Source: an uncultured Nitrososphaeraceae archaeon (lineage in GTDB: Archaea; Thermoproteota; Nitrososphaeria; Nitrososphaerales; Nitrososphaeraceae). From it: DNA of 30,429 bases. Where the stretch lies: positions 1-30,429 of the forward strand of contig CAWGVG010000041.1 in the NCBI GenBank assembly GCA_963825865.1, in the 5' to 3' direction. Positions 10,196 to 21,539 of the stretch are shown in pieces; position 1 is the stretch's first letter; every line of letters begins with the position of its first letter. The notes under the pieces were generated by a model. That model was not told the origin of the DNA. It worked only from the letters and a program-made list of their open reading frames with translations, and made no database searches. A program made the translations under genes and the position numbers.

Positions 10196-10683
10196 TTATT
10201 TATTGACTACTTCAACTGTCCCTTTCATTGTATAAGGGTGATATGCACAATGATATGAGAATGTACCTGTCGTGGTTGGATTAAAAGATAGTTGGCCTGA
10301 ACCATTCGGAGATATATCATCACTTGATGGAAGGACGTCTGCTCCTGTATCTATAATTAGTTCATGTTTTGTATCTGTAGGGTTTTGAATCTTTATTACG
10401 TTATTGGCATTTGCGAAAACCTTTAACGTTGGGTTGTCTGCGCCATTACTACCGTTTATCCATCTGTAAACGCCAGATGTTACTTCCTTTACAGATAATT
10501 GAATTGCATTAGTCATGTTCTTGCTTGGAAAAGGAGTATTAGCAGTAGTAGTATTTTCCTTTTCTTGTGCAACTGCTGCTGGTATAATTGCATATAGTGA
10601 TATCCAAACAAATTAGATATCATGCCAAACAGCAATGCTGATGAGAGTACCTGAAGACAACAGTGGCGAGCCATTTTCTTCAT
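10196..10683 (-). CDS. Secreted cupredoxin (type 1 copper); signal-peptide region disrupted
   Basis: NPTL, KHELII, YHCAYHPYTMKG; the frame extends upstream of 10516 through ISLYAIIPAAVAQEK to a stop; probable ATG at 10683. Confidence 0.8.
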
Positions 10684-11622
10684 TGTACTCCTCTATAACC
10701 TGCTTAGAAATTTAAAATACATACTAGGCTTTGTAGAAAACATGCTTTTGATAGATTCCGTCAAAGCTTTCTAGAAGCATAATAGACTATGGATATTGAA
10801 GGAATCTATGTTAGACTAGCATATAGATTCACAGTAGAATATTATAAAGTAATTTCAGGCCCTTATAATACTACATGGAGAAAGCAAGTATCCTCATTGC
10901 ATTACCTGAAGGTATTGCTATTTTGGACTTATCTTTAAGACATGTGAATTTTGATCAAGGGTCATCTTGTTTACTGTTAATTCTACTAATCAAAGTCCCA
11001 AAATATGGATATGGGAAATCTATCTTTCTTTGTGGATTACTGTTTCCTGCTGTTACATTGTGTATTCCAGGACTATCCTTGCTTATCTTGCACTCCTATG
11101 AACTCAATGGCAAATTCGAATACTGCAAGGACAAATAAATATAATAAATTCCATATGCATCGTAAGTCGAACAAACAGTAATAAAGCAATATTGGAAAAT
11201 ATGATTATAGAGTCCATATATTGTAGAGCACCTTCAAGGAATCACTTTCCATCATAATAGCTCATTGAAAGGTCTATCATCAAAATGTTCGGTGGCGAAC
11301 AATTCTCAAATGTTGTCAGCTCATATACGAATAGCGGTCAGCAAGGGCGGCAACAACAAATAACTCTATTTTCTAGCAGAGTATGTGACAAGCCATTCCG
11401 GACATGGAAATTGAAGATCAAGTAGCAGATCTCATAACTAATGGTGACTTCTGCTTTAATCATATCATCGCACTACTAAAAAATGTACAAAACAAACCAT
11501 CTTTGATTATTAAAAGATTCTATTTGATACTCTTCAACAATATAAGCATATCTGGGTAAAGAAAGATACCGGTTGGGCACCAATGAACTTATGCTCCGCT
11601 ATATGGGGTTCAACTGCAGCGT

Positions 11623-12459
11623 CTAGGACCTCAGGAATGCCAGCAGGTCAGCGTTGACTTGATCCTGATGCGTGGCTGTGAGGCCGTGCGGTGCACCCGG
11701 ATAGTAAATTTCCTTCGCGCCCTTGATGAGTCTGGCTGATTTTACCGCCGCGTCTTTGACGGGAACGATTTGGTCGTCCTCGCCGTGCATGACAAGGGTC
11801 GGGACATCGATCTTCTTTAGGTCCTCAGTGAAATCGGTCTCTGAGAAGGCCTTGATGCTTTCGTAGGCGTTCTTGAGGCCGGCCTGCATGCTCCATAGCC
11901 AGAACTGATCCAGCACGCCCCGGGAGACTTTGGCCCCCTGCCTGTTGGCGCCATAAAACTGTGTCGCCAGGTCCTTGTAGAATTGCGAGCGGTCTTTCGT
12001 CAGGCCACTCCTCATGTTGTCGAAGACCTCCATCGGCAGCCCCTCCGGATTGGCTGCGGTTTTCAACATGATCGGCGGCACAGCCGCGATGAGGACAACC
12101 TTGGCAACTCTCTTAGTCCCATGGCGCGCGATGTAGCGGACGACTTCGCCGCCGCCGGTGGAGTGGCCCACGAGAGTGGCGTCCTTGAGATCGAGCACCT
12201 CGATCACAGCTGCAAGATCATCGGCATAGCCGTCCATGTCATTGGCCGAAGACGCCTGGCTTGACCGACCATGGCCACGACGGTCGTGTGCGACCACCCG
12301 GAAGCCGTTCTGCGCGAGGAAAAGCATTTGGCCGTCCCAAGCGTCAGAGCTCAGAGGCCAACCATGCGAGAACGTTACGACCGGGCCTTTGCTCCAGTCC
12401 TTGTAGTAGATTTCGGTGCCGTCCTTGGTGGTGATTGTGCTTGAGTTTAATTTACTCAT
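11623..12459 (-). CDS. cpo: Non-heme chloroperoxidase / perhydrolase (alpha/beta hydrolase)
   Basis: [22 protein letters not shown] (Ser nucleophile), HGEDDQIVP (Asp), GAPHG (His); intact, 278 aa; GC-rich. Confidence 0.93.
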   Translation of the reverse strand: MSKLNSSTITTKDGTEIYYKDWSKGPVVTFSHGWPLSSDAWDGQMLFLAQNGFRVVAHDRRGHGRSSQASSANDMDGYADDLAAVIEVLDLKDATLVGHSTGGGEVVRYIARHGTKRVAKVVLIAAVPPIMLKTAANPEGLPMEVFDNMRSGLTKDRSQFYKDLATQFYGANRQGAKVSRGVLDQFWLWSMQAGLKNAYESIKAFSETDFTEDLKKIDVPTLVMHGEDDQIVPVKDAAVKSARLIKGAKEIYYPGAPHGLTATHQDQVNADLLAFLRS

Positions 12460-12464
12460 TGATT

Positions 12465-12503
12465 AACTATAATCCTATTCAAATTATAGTTTATAAATAT
12501 AAA
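12465..12503 (-). promoter_or_regulatory. Archaeal TATA box plus inverted repeat upstream of cpo
   Basis: Minus strand TTTATATTTATAAA about 30-45 bp before the ATG; AACTATAAT-N9-ATTATAGTT (12465-12491). Confidence 0.5.
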
Positions 12504-12861
12504 TGAACAAAAGGAAAACTCTGTTTAGGGTTTCTCATTTTGTAAAGTGTTGAAAAACGCTGAGGTAGTTTTAGGAATCCTAACTACCTGCCTGTAAAGG
12601 AAAGAAAGATGATGGTAGTGAAATGGTGACATGGACCGGACATGGAATAGGACATCAATTAGAACAGATAAGACGTATTGTCTAATACTAAACATCGGAG
12701 CTAGTAGTATAATTGGTGCTACTGGTGCTTATTAGACTGAGCAAGCTTTCTGGGCTATCTAGCTATGAGTTTCAAAACTACAAGATTTCATATATAAGCC
12801 ACCATGAATATCCATTGTTTCATGAAAATGAATGTTTTGCAACATCTTTGTTCTGAGAGAA

Positions 12862-12930
12862 TCATCGTAATCCTAGGGCATCTTTCAGATCTATTTCGTG
12901 ATCCTGTTCCTATGCTATAATATCTCGTAC
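12862..12930 (-). pseudogene. Ferritin/bacterioferritin-like C-terminal fragment
   Basis: VRDIIA*EQDHEIDLKDALGLR*, an ExxH final helix. Confidence 0.6.
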
Positions 12931-12931
12931 A

Positions 12932-13180
12932 CTTCATTACAAAAGAGCAACTAAGTTCATAAATAAAATAAAATCAAGACAGATTGCTTTTGGCATTAGA
13001 GCCAAATCAATACCTGAGAATGCAACAATAAGAAAAGAATACATTAAGTGTGGAAAGGAGATGTGTGAACTAAAGCATGGGCCTTACTACTATGCTTACT
13101 GGAAAGATCCTGAAAGCAAAAAATTGAAGAAAAAATACATTGGCGATCCTATACCGAAGAATAAAGAATCAAACATATAA
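12932..13180 (+). pseudogene. DUF6788-like small Zn-binding protein, 5' truncated
   Basis: ...IRKEYIKCGKEMCELKHGPYYYAYWKDPESKKLKKKYIG...*; CxxxxC-HGPY-YIG signature; no start codon in frame. Confidence 0.75.
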
Positions 13181-13561
13181 AAAATGATCGATTCATTTAA
13201 AATAATGAAACCAATCGCAGCAATTCGTCCTCAAAAAGCATACGATGAAGCATTACAATAGGAAATTATGCTTTAGTAACCACTATCATAAAAGGAAGTG
13301 AGCCCGATGGTGAAACAATTCCATGTATGTATAGATAAAGTAACTGGACCAAATGAAGGTAACATTAACATTAAGTGCTATGAATTAATAAACGCTGGAA
13401 TAGCGCATTTAACCATAGATACCGGAGATATGTCCTCCTCCATTCAACAATAAATTCAGTCAATTACCTATATTTTTCAAAATCATTCTCCTTTAGATAA
13501 TTTCTATTTACTTCATACATAACACTATATCTTTTTAACCATTCTTACTCAAATGTAATAT

Positions 13562-14134
13562 GTGAAAAGACATTTGCAAATGATATTGACGTCACTGATT
13601 TCACTCATTGTAGTATTTTCGATCGGTGATTCTCGGTATTGTACGTCATATGCAGAGGGAAACGATAGAGGTAGCAACAGCAATATTCCCTTAATGCCTA
13701 TAGCAGTTAATAATAATATTTTTGGAAACCTTGCAAAACAGTTCAGCAGACTTGCCAAACAATTTGAATATACCGTTGACCTGGAGGGAAAGCAAATCTT
13801 TCCAAATGATACAATAAAACAAGATATTGTTACTAACTATAAATCCTCTGATTATAATATTAGCAGTTTAAAATATAGGCTTTTAGGATTTGATATAACT
13901 GCATCAGATATTAAAATACATGTTAACCCGTCAAAAATTGACAGCATAAGAACAAAAATAGATTTTCCATTGATATTTGCAAGAGATGTTAGTGTTAACA
14001 ATGGATTAATTAATTTGAAGTATGATGAATTTAACCTTGGTTCAATTTATGGTATATATGATAAAGCTACTGATAAAATCACGATGCATATTCCAATTAG
14101 CATTGCCTTACAATATCTTCCACATAATATCTAG
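13562..14134 (+). CDS. Secreted hypothetical protein
   Basis: Intact 190-aa ORF with an N-terminal signal-like segment and beta-rich body. Confidence 0.8.
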   Translation: MKRHLQMILTSLISLIVVFSIGDSRYCTSYAEGNDRGSNSNIPLMPIAVNNNIFGNLAKQFSRLAKQFEYTVDLEGKQIFPNDTIKQDIVTNYKSSDYNISSLKYRLLGFDITASDIKIHVNPSKIDSIRTKIDFPLIFARDVSVNNGLINLKYDEFNLGSIYGIYDKATDKITMHIPISIALQYLPHNI

Positions 14135-14238
14135 TATTTATATAAGCTAGCAGCTATGATTGATGCCATAATGCAATTAACATCATTCACTCAGAATAGA
14201 AGATAATATTATTTGGGAGTGCTATTCTATTAGTGGGA

Positions 14239-14420
14239 ATGTCTAAGAGAACAAGGCAAAAGATTGTGATATTTGCAATAATGGTAGCTATATTTGTGAG
14301 CAGCAGGTACTGTTGTGCTTTCTCCTTCTCCTAGTTCCAATAATAACAATAGCATAGAAATAGCATATGCACATCAGAATGATGGTAGCACTACCAATAA
14401 CAATAATAACGTACAAACAG
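14239..14420 (+). pseudogene. Orphan signal-peptide fragment of a secreted protein
   Basis: MSKRTRQKIVIFAIMVAIFV/AAGTVVLSPSPSSNNNNSIEIAYAHQ...; AYA cleavage motif; body missing. Confidence 0.45.
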
Positions 14421-14444
14421 TATTGTTCTTTCATTTTACATATA

Positions 14445-15583
14445 ATGAAAATATCAATAATAATAGCTTCAATACTTTCTCTTTATTCTATATCTTTCTT
14501 GATGTATGGTAATGCAAGTCTCACAGCGTATGCACAGTCAAACTTGCAGACAATAAAAAGTAGGGATTTAGTTCTAGATCTAGGTAATGGTCTAAAGACT
14601 AACGCCTAGCTTACTTATCCTGTTATTGGTGGAAATGGAAAATACCCTGGAGTTCTTCTCATAACTGGATCTGGTGCAGAATGTCTGGGGAAATCTAACA
14701 ATTAATAATCTGGTAGAAGATGCAAACAAAGCCTTAGCGGTTTTAATAAACCAGCCTAAAGTTGATGCTAATAAAATAACAGTATTAGGTCATAGCGAAG
14801 GTACAACAATATCGCCTAGAGTCGCAATTGCCAATCCAAGCAAAGTTAGAAATATAGTACTTATGGGGGCATTAGCACAGAATATAAGCGAAATACTTTA
14901 CTCCTAAACAGTAACCTTACCTATTTCATATGCTGAAAAAGTATTGGATAAGAATCATAACGGATTGCTCTCACTACAGGAAGCATCTACGGATGTAACA
15001 TTTCAGCGTCTAATTGGTGGAAACATAAGCTTAATTCTTACCCAGAACCTCCCTAATCGTATTAGAGTTTTAAATCCAAAAGACAATCCTAATAAAGATA
15101 CTTATATAAACATCAATACAGAACTCAAACCAGCTTTAATAGAGTAGGCAAAATCATTTTTCTCGCCATCAAAAGCAGCGACAACAGCATCATCAGGTAA
15201 GTGTATGAATTTAGATGGTTGTGATATTTATTCAAAATCATTTGTCCCTTTTGAGCCAAATTTAAACGCCATTAGCAGGATTCCCTCAAATACCAGCATT
15301 CTTATACTCAATGGAGAAAACGATACTCAGACTCCTGTTCAAGGAGCCTTATTGTACAAAAGCTGACAGAGATAAATCATCCTGATCATGTTTTGATTAC
15401 ATATCCAAACCTTGGACATGAGTTTTATCCATCATCCCAATGGCAAACACAGCATGGCCCAATACAACAATATGTCTTGGCAAACCTTTATTCATGGCTT
15501 TAAGCTCATTCTGGATTTACACATATTCCTGCTATACGCCATCATACCACTCTTTTTCGTCTACGAACTCTACTGCAAAATAA
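14445..15583 (+). pseudogene. Secreted alpha/beta hydrolase (S9/S33-like)
   Basis: Signal ...AYAQ, PGVLLITGSG, GHSEG, GENDTQTP, YPNLGH; in-frame stops at 14607, 14905, 15145, 15501; segment with RYDKRG missing near 14678. Confidence 0.88.
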
Positions 15584-16135
15584 GACAATATCAATATCTT
15601 ACCTTACGATAGAAACCTGGTTAGCAATTCTGTTACAATAGATCAAGAAATATTGGAGAAAACATTGGAGTTTGAACCTGCTATTATCCAGTTATATTGC
15701 AACAGGGATAAGAAATGTGCCCATATTTATTAAAGCAGATAATGCAGAAAAGGAAATAGAATCATTTCTGACTACTAGATAAGAAAAGCTTTACGATAAA
15801 GTAGCTAGACTCGATAACCTTGAATTTCACATTTTATCGACTCCATGTGCGCAATTGGCTCAAAGCATCTCTTTAAGAAAGTTACAGTAACAAACATTTG
15901 TATTGGATAGACATATTATGCAAAAAAACCCAAAAAATATCCTCATAGTTTTCTTCGGATCTTGATTTCTGTATACTATCCACAACGATCCTTGTTACTA
16001 TCATTTTGTAGAGTATGGGTTAAATTTTTATAGCAATTCATATTAAATATTGTAAGATCTAGATTAAAATGGTAGTAATAGGGCAAAACCAAGAGATAAT
16101 AGATATATATCAGATGTCAGCACCAACGCCCAGAC

Positions 16136-16855
16136 ATGGCAGTAGCAGTAGTTACGATACATGATGCATGTCCTGCTTTTTCTACAAAAATATTCAAGTT
16201 TACCGATGAGCTTGAAAGATTAGACATAAAATATAATATTGCATTGGTGCCATTTTTCAATGAAAAGGAAGACCTTCCACGCTTTCCAGAATTTGTAGAT
16301 AAAATCAAATCATACAAAGAATGCGAAATTGTTTTACATGGTCTTTATCATGAGGATAGAAACGGCCAGTTTGATGATTTTCTCTATAAAACAGAAGCAG
16401 CTGCAGAAGAGGAAATACGTGCCGGTCTTGAGATATTTCAAGAGATAGGGATAAAGACTAGTGTATTTATACCACCAGCCTGGAAGCTAAATGATAGCTC
16501 TATTGACGTATTAGAGAAATTAGGATTCAGCTTAGCAGAAATGCAAGAAGAATTTTTACTACTTTCACATAAACCATTTAAGAAAATAAAAGTTCCAAAG
16601 GTTTTAAATTGGGATTCAACCGGACATCCAGAAAAGAATATTCCAAATATAGGTAGAGATGGGAGACGCTTCGAACTTTTAGATCAACAACAAAAACCAG
16701 AAATGATCAGAATTGCTATACATCCACGCGACCCACACGAGGCATTAGAAGAACAAAAAGAGATGATACGCCAATTAAAAGATCAAGGATACACAATCCC
16801 ATTGTATAAGGATCTTATACTGAAATTGAAAGAAGCTCCCTATACAATCATCTGA
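16136..16855 (+). CDS. DUF2334 / CE4 polysaccharide deacetylase-like protein
   Basis: VTIHDACP, EIVLHGLYH, FIPPAW, RIAIHP; intact. Confidence 0.85.
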   Translation: MAVAVVTIHDACPAFSTKIFKFTDELERLDIKYNIALVPFFNEKEDLPRFPEFVDKIKSYKECEIVLHGLYHEDRNGQFDDFLYKTEAAAEEEIRAGLEIFQEIGIKTSVFIPPAWKLNDSSIDVLEKLGFSLAEMQEEFLLLSHKPFKKIKVPKVLNWDSTGHPEKNIPNIGRDGRRFELLDQQQKPEMIRIAIHPRDPHEALEEQKEMIRQLKDQGYTIPLYKDLILKLKEAPYTII

Positions 16856-17223
16856 TAGGATTGGGATTACTCAAAAAAGCATACCACATGGATAAGCTAT
16901 ATCTATCTCATTTCTGTTATCAAAAGCTGCTACCAAAATATTTTATCGGATATTCACCCGTTGACATTTTTGTACATGAAAACGTCCTTACAAAAATCAA
17001 AGTATAAAGAAATTAGCAAAAAATAAGTTTAAAAATAAATGTAATATTGATATATATATTATATTCAGCATATAATGCAATAGATTCACAACTCAGAGCC
17101 TTCTTGGCATGGCCAAACTACATGACACATGGCGAACATGCATTGAGAAAAGATATGAAAAAAGTTGAATGATTTGCTGGCATTTTAACTATTTTAGTCG
17201 TGCGAGCTAAATACTATCGGTTG

Positions 17224-17304
17224 TCAGATTGCGTACTGCAAATTCTCGTTCAGAGAGTCTAGAAATCTCATATCTTCAGACGTTAGCTGGAAGTCGAATA
17301 CCTG
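17224..17304 (-). pseudogene. Aldo/keto reductase C-terminal fragment
   Basis: QVFDFQLTSEDMRFLDSLNENLQYAI* matches the AKR 'VFDFELSxEDMxxLDxLN' tail. Confidence 0.65.
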
Positions 17305-17358
17305 TTTTTTTAGCTTACTGGCGTCTTTATTCTGACGATTACTGACTACTTTGACAAA

Positions 17359-17772
17359 TCAATCAGTTACGCGCCAGTGATTTCTCGTTATGAATTCGAC
17401 AAGATTGCCAGCAGGATCCCGAAAATAAATTGATTTAGACTTGATATCATTTTCCCAGGCTATTTCCTTTTCGATTTGGATATTATTTGCTGCTAGCAAT
17501 TCCTTTGCTTTCTCATATGCTTCAGCCTCGATTTCAAAAGCGATGTGAACCATTGATGGTGGAGTAGTTGCACCGTGAATCGTTTCTTTTTCAACTGTTG
17601 TTAATTCAGGATTGAAGATGAGTAGCATATTTTTTTCTGTCTTCAAAAATACATGCCTGCCAGTTTGTCCCGATACAAACTCTAGTTAGTCCCAATTTAT
17701 CAACATAAAATTTCTTCTTTTTTCTAAATCAGACGAATATACTGACGTCCCAACTATCTTTCTGAATTTCAT
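17359..17772 (-). pseudogene. VOC/glyoxalase family protein
   Basis: MKFRKIVGTSVYSSDLEK/KKFYVDKLGL/EFVSGQTGRHVFLKT...HIAFEI...SIYFRDPAGNLVEF; two indels in the 5' part. Confidence 0.85.
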
Positions 17773-18133
17773 GTTATGAACTATCATTCATTTTAAGTAC
17801 CAAGATGGATACACAAAAGATGATGAACACTATGGCAAAAGTCTGGGCAGTTTGCTGCCGTGTTATTTTTGAAAATATTTAAGACCTTTCTCCAATCGTC
17901 GATATCGTGTTTAGAATCCCCATTTGTAAAGTTCAAATTCTGGCTATCTTTGTTAAATTTCCATAACAAGTCTAATAGGTGATCTACACTAGAAGAGTTT
18001 ATTTAAAGTGCCTGCTGCTCTGTAAAAGCTAGTAATAAAGTTGACGTAAAACGAACAGACCATATTCTTGTTTCTTTGTGACAATTGCAAACCTAAATTC
18101 TACTATATTCCTTAATAATCACGCATATCTACT

Positions 18134-18640
18134 TTAATAATCCTGTTTCTGTGATGCTAATTCTACAACCTTGCGAATAATACTAGAATGATCAGATTCT
18201 ACCTCTGTAGTTATATACAGAAGATGATTCTTGCCAAGAGGCATAGTAATGCGTTTGACTTTTTCATATTCTGCTAAAACATATTTTCCTTTTCCAATCT
18301 TTGGTGTGAGTTTGCTGCGTATTTTCCATGAATTTACAGCGAGATTCAGAGACTTTTTGCTTTCTTCGGACGTAAGTAAATTCTCTATGCCTTCACGGTA
18401 GTCAGAATACATCATTTTACCATTGATATCACATATAGTAACTACCCTAATATTTGAGTCCATATTTATGATTTGTTCAAAAATGTGTTTATAATCATGC
18501 CATGCATGATGAGTGAATTTTACTTGATGATCTTGTTCCTTGCATCTATCAGAACAATAAGTCTTCCCACAGCAATAACATTCTATAGCATAATCCTGGG
18601 ACTTCCTTTCACAAAATACACAGGTTGTACTCATGTCCAT
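18134..18640 (-). CDS. MYND-like Zn finger fused to a DUF6659 (roadblock/longin-like) domain
   Basis: CVFC...CYCC...YCSDRC...H..HH, then IRVVTICDINGK...LLTSEESKK...IGKGKYVLAEYEKVKRITMP; start probably 18640 or 18634. Confidence 0.75.
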   Translation of the reverse strand: MDMSTTCVFCERKSQDYAIECYCCGKTYCSDRCKEQDHQVKFTHHAWHDYKHIFEQIINMDSNIRVVTICDINGKMMYSDYREGIENLLTSEESKKSLNLAVNSWKIRSKLTPKIGKGKYVLAEYEKVKRITMPLGKNHLLYITTEVESDHSSIIRKVVELASQKQDY

Positions 18641-19434
18641 AAAGTTATTATGCAGTAGGTACAATAAATCATTTTTATATAATACTAGCAAGCTAAATGG
18701 TGAGTGGTCAAATAAGTATCACTTACAAGATGATTAATCATGCAACAAAGCACATCTTTTATTAAGCAATAATATGATTATTGCATAAACAGCTAATTTA
18801 TTCTAAATTTAAATTATTGATTTAATTATTTTTTTTAAATTCTCTGTATGAATATTCCTTTAGGATATGTCCAGAGGGAGATCTTCTTATTTTAAGTAGT
18901 CAAAGCTATAATCCTCATCCTCAAACTCGCATGATCTGTGTAAGAAGATGGAACGCAAAAGAATGCTAGTTCACTATAGTGGATTACCAGACTTAAGAAG
19001 CATCAAATCAGTGGTTTAGAGGTCCTGTTAAAGCTATGATACCTCTACCTTTAGTTTACATTTCCTACTATAGGAAGCTATAGAACTCATAATGGTAGAA
19101 TTACAGCTTATAATAACAATAATTGCCTGTTCAACATGATGTTTAATCCAGGGCAATTTGTCTGAACATTAAGATTATTTATTGAGCAGGAATAGTAAAG
19201 TACTTGCAATAGCAGTAAAAAGGGAGCTAGATTTAGTGAACCCATGCTCAGATCAACTATTGCCAGTAACACTTTTACTGAAGGGATTCGGGCAACAATC
19301 CTGTTACTGGAACAGCTGTTGTAACTCCAGACCCAGTCGTTTCAAATAAAACATATACTAGAGGACCCCCATCTCATCCTACAATAAGGAAAAAAGCTTT
19401 TACAAAGCCAATTTCACCTAAAATTGTTAAATAT

Positions 19435-21116
19435 TTGACATTGTCTAATTTTCGTATGTTTGATTGCTTGAAACCAAAAGTTATACTAGCAACTGTGATA
19501 GTTTTTATGCTTTTAGATTTAAGCAATATTATATCATTATACTCTCCAATAGATGCACAGAGTATGAACAATAATGCTAGCAAGTTAGATATTACAGATG
19601 GTATTGCTAGTGGTGATATTACTGACCACACCGCTACCATATGGTCCCGTACCAATACACAAGCTCAGATGAATGTCCAATATGACACTAACTTATCTTT
19701 CTCTTATGCAAAGTCAAAGACAGCATTGGTCGATCATACAACAGACTTCGCTGGTCATGTAAATCTTGATTCTCTTAGTCCGGACACTCTTTATTATTAT
19801 CGTGTCTGGTTCTCTGGTAATAATAATAATAGTACTAACCAACCCATGACGATGCTAACACCGGCAATAGGAAGCAGCTGGCAAATTCCTCCTCCTCCAT
19901 AATAGGAACTTTTAGGACAGCTCCCAATCTTCTGACTAGTAGTAGATCAACTAGCTTTGTTATTGGTGGAGATGTTGGTGGTCAGAACTATTGCAGACGT
20001 GTTGATGGAGGAATGATAGTAGGTTACCCAATATTCTCAATAATGCAGGCATTATCTCCGGACTTCTTCATATTTAATGGAGATCAGATCTATGCAGATA
20101 ATGAATGTTCTACAAATGGTCCCTCCAATGTTACTGGATGGACCAACATTCCCGGAAACTTCCCTAGTGTTGTTGATAAGAAAGTTGATTGGACAAACCA
20201 AACTCAGCTGGCAAGATATTTACAACAAACATTGGGAATATAATAGAGCCGATCTGCATTTGCAAAGCCTTTTGCGTAATACATCTATGTATTCTCAGGC
20301 TGACGACCATGAGGTTGTAAATGATTATGGTGGTCATTGGTCTTATTGGACTAATACAACTAAGGACAGAGCAGCCTTTCCTAATGTTGTCAAGGCTGGT
20401 ATTAATGCCTTTTTTAACTTCTCACCAATAGATAGAAACAAAGACGAGGCAAATCGTATTTATAAGATCCTTTCACTGGGGTAAGGACCTTGATTTATTT
20501 ATACTAGATATGCATTCATATCGAAGTCGTAATGACCTGCCTGATACTCCAGAAAATGATAAAACATTATTAGGCAAGAATCAGTTTCATTGGCTAGAAC
20601 AAAGTCTTCTTAATTCTACTGCCACATGGAAAGTTATCTCTGCAGATGTACCCACTACAATTCCAAATTGCTTTAACAAACAATTAGGATGCGATAATTG
20701 GGCCATTAATGGTACTATCAGCAGTAACAGTACTTTTGATAAGACTTTTACAAGAGAACGCTCAGATTTTCTAAAATTCCTAGATGACCACAATATAAAA
20801 AATGTAGTTGTTGTTGCAACGGATGTACACTTTCCAACAAATATACTAGTTGAAGACGACCCTAATCATGACGGATGCAAACTCATTTACCACGAACTCG
20901 TTACAGGACCCCTAAGTGCAATTCCTCTTAAAGCGAATCCACTTGATCCAACCATTAATGCTACTTCCAAATATCACGAAAATAGAATGTTTAACTTTGG
21001 ATATATCAAAATACAAAAAGATAAAACTGATGGCAAGGCACATTTAATGACGGAGGTACTGAGATGGAGAAGGTCTTGTTCGTCCTGGATCAAATTGGGA
21101 TTTACCACCACAATAA
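19435..21116 (+). pseudogene. phoD: Alkaline phosphatase D, several frameshifts
   Basis: GIASGD, IWSRT, YYYR, GTFRTAP, GDQIYAD, DDHEV, HSYRS, ATDVH, FNFG across four track ORFs. Confidence 0.92.
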
Positions 21117-21500
21117 AAAGATAACCATAGCTTCAGAGCATTTTATACATAAATAAATAATAAGGCGAATAATCAGGAAACATAACGTCATCCAGTCACG
21201 GCAGGATGAAACTCCTCTTAGCTGATTTTGTTATTATTTCTTTCTCTTTCTTTCTCTTATTTTAGAAAAAGGAGCATTTGAAATGCCCTCTAAGGATAAG
21301 AAGTTCCCTCTCCTACACAATTATCACAAGGACGGGTGCAAATAGTATTTCCAGCTTCTTGAGTGCCTTGATCTTGATTTGATTCAACGAACACACGAAC
21401 AATATACAAGCTCGGCCGCTTATGATTAATTCTACAATGTCAAAAAGAGAATCTGAAGAGATCTCCTTGCCTACGGAATTATTGGATAGGTACTTAAAGA

Positions 21501-21539
21501 TTAATATACTATTAATTAATATACTAACTATTAGTATAT
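21501..21539. promoter_or_regulatory. Probable MarR operator
   Basis: Perfect ATATACTAA-cta-TTAGTATAT (21519-21539) overlapping the marR ATG; direct repeat TTAATATACTA at 21501 and 21516. Confidence 0.7.

Noticed and set aside
10875-11138. Possible ZIP metal transporter fragment (LPEGIAI)
   Set aside because: Lacks the HN of the HNxPEG motif; too weak to call
11983-12264. 93-aa + strand ORF
   Set aside because: Antisense shadow of GC-rich cpo
14445-15583. Stop-codon reassignment (TAG/TAA = Gln) or readthrough
   Set aside because: TAA and TAG end intact genes normally here, and the same gene also has a deletion and a frameshift; decay is the simpler explanation
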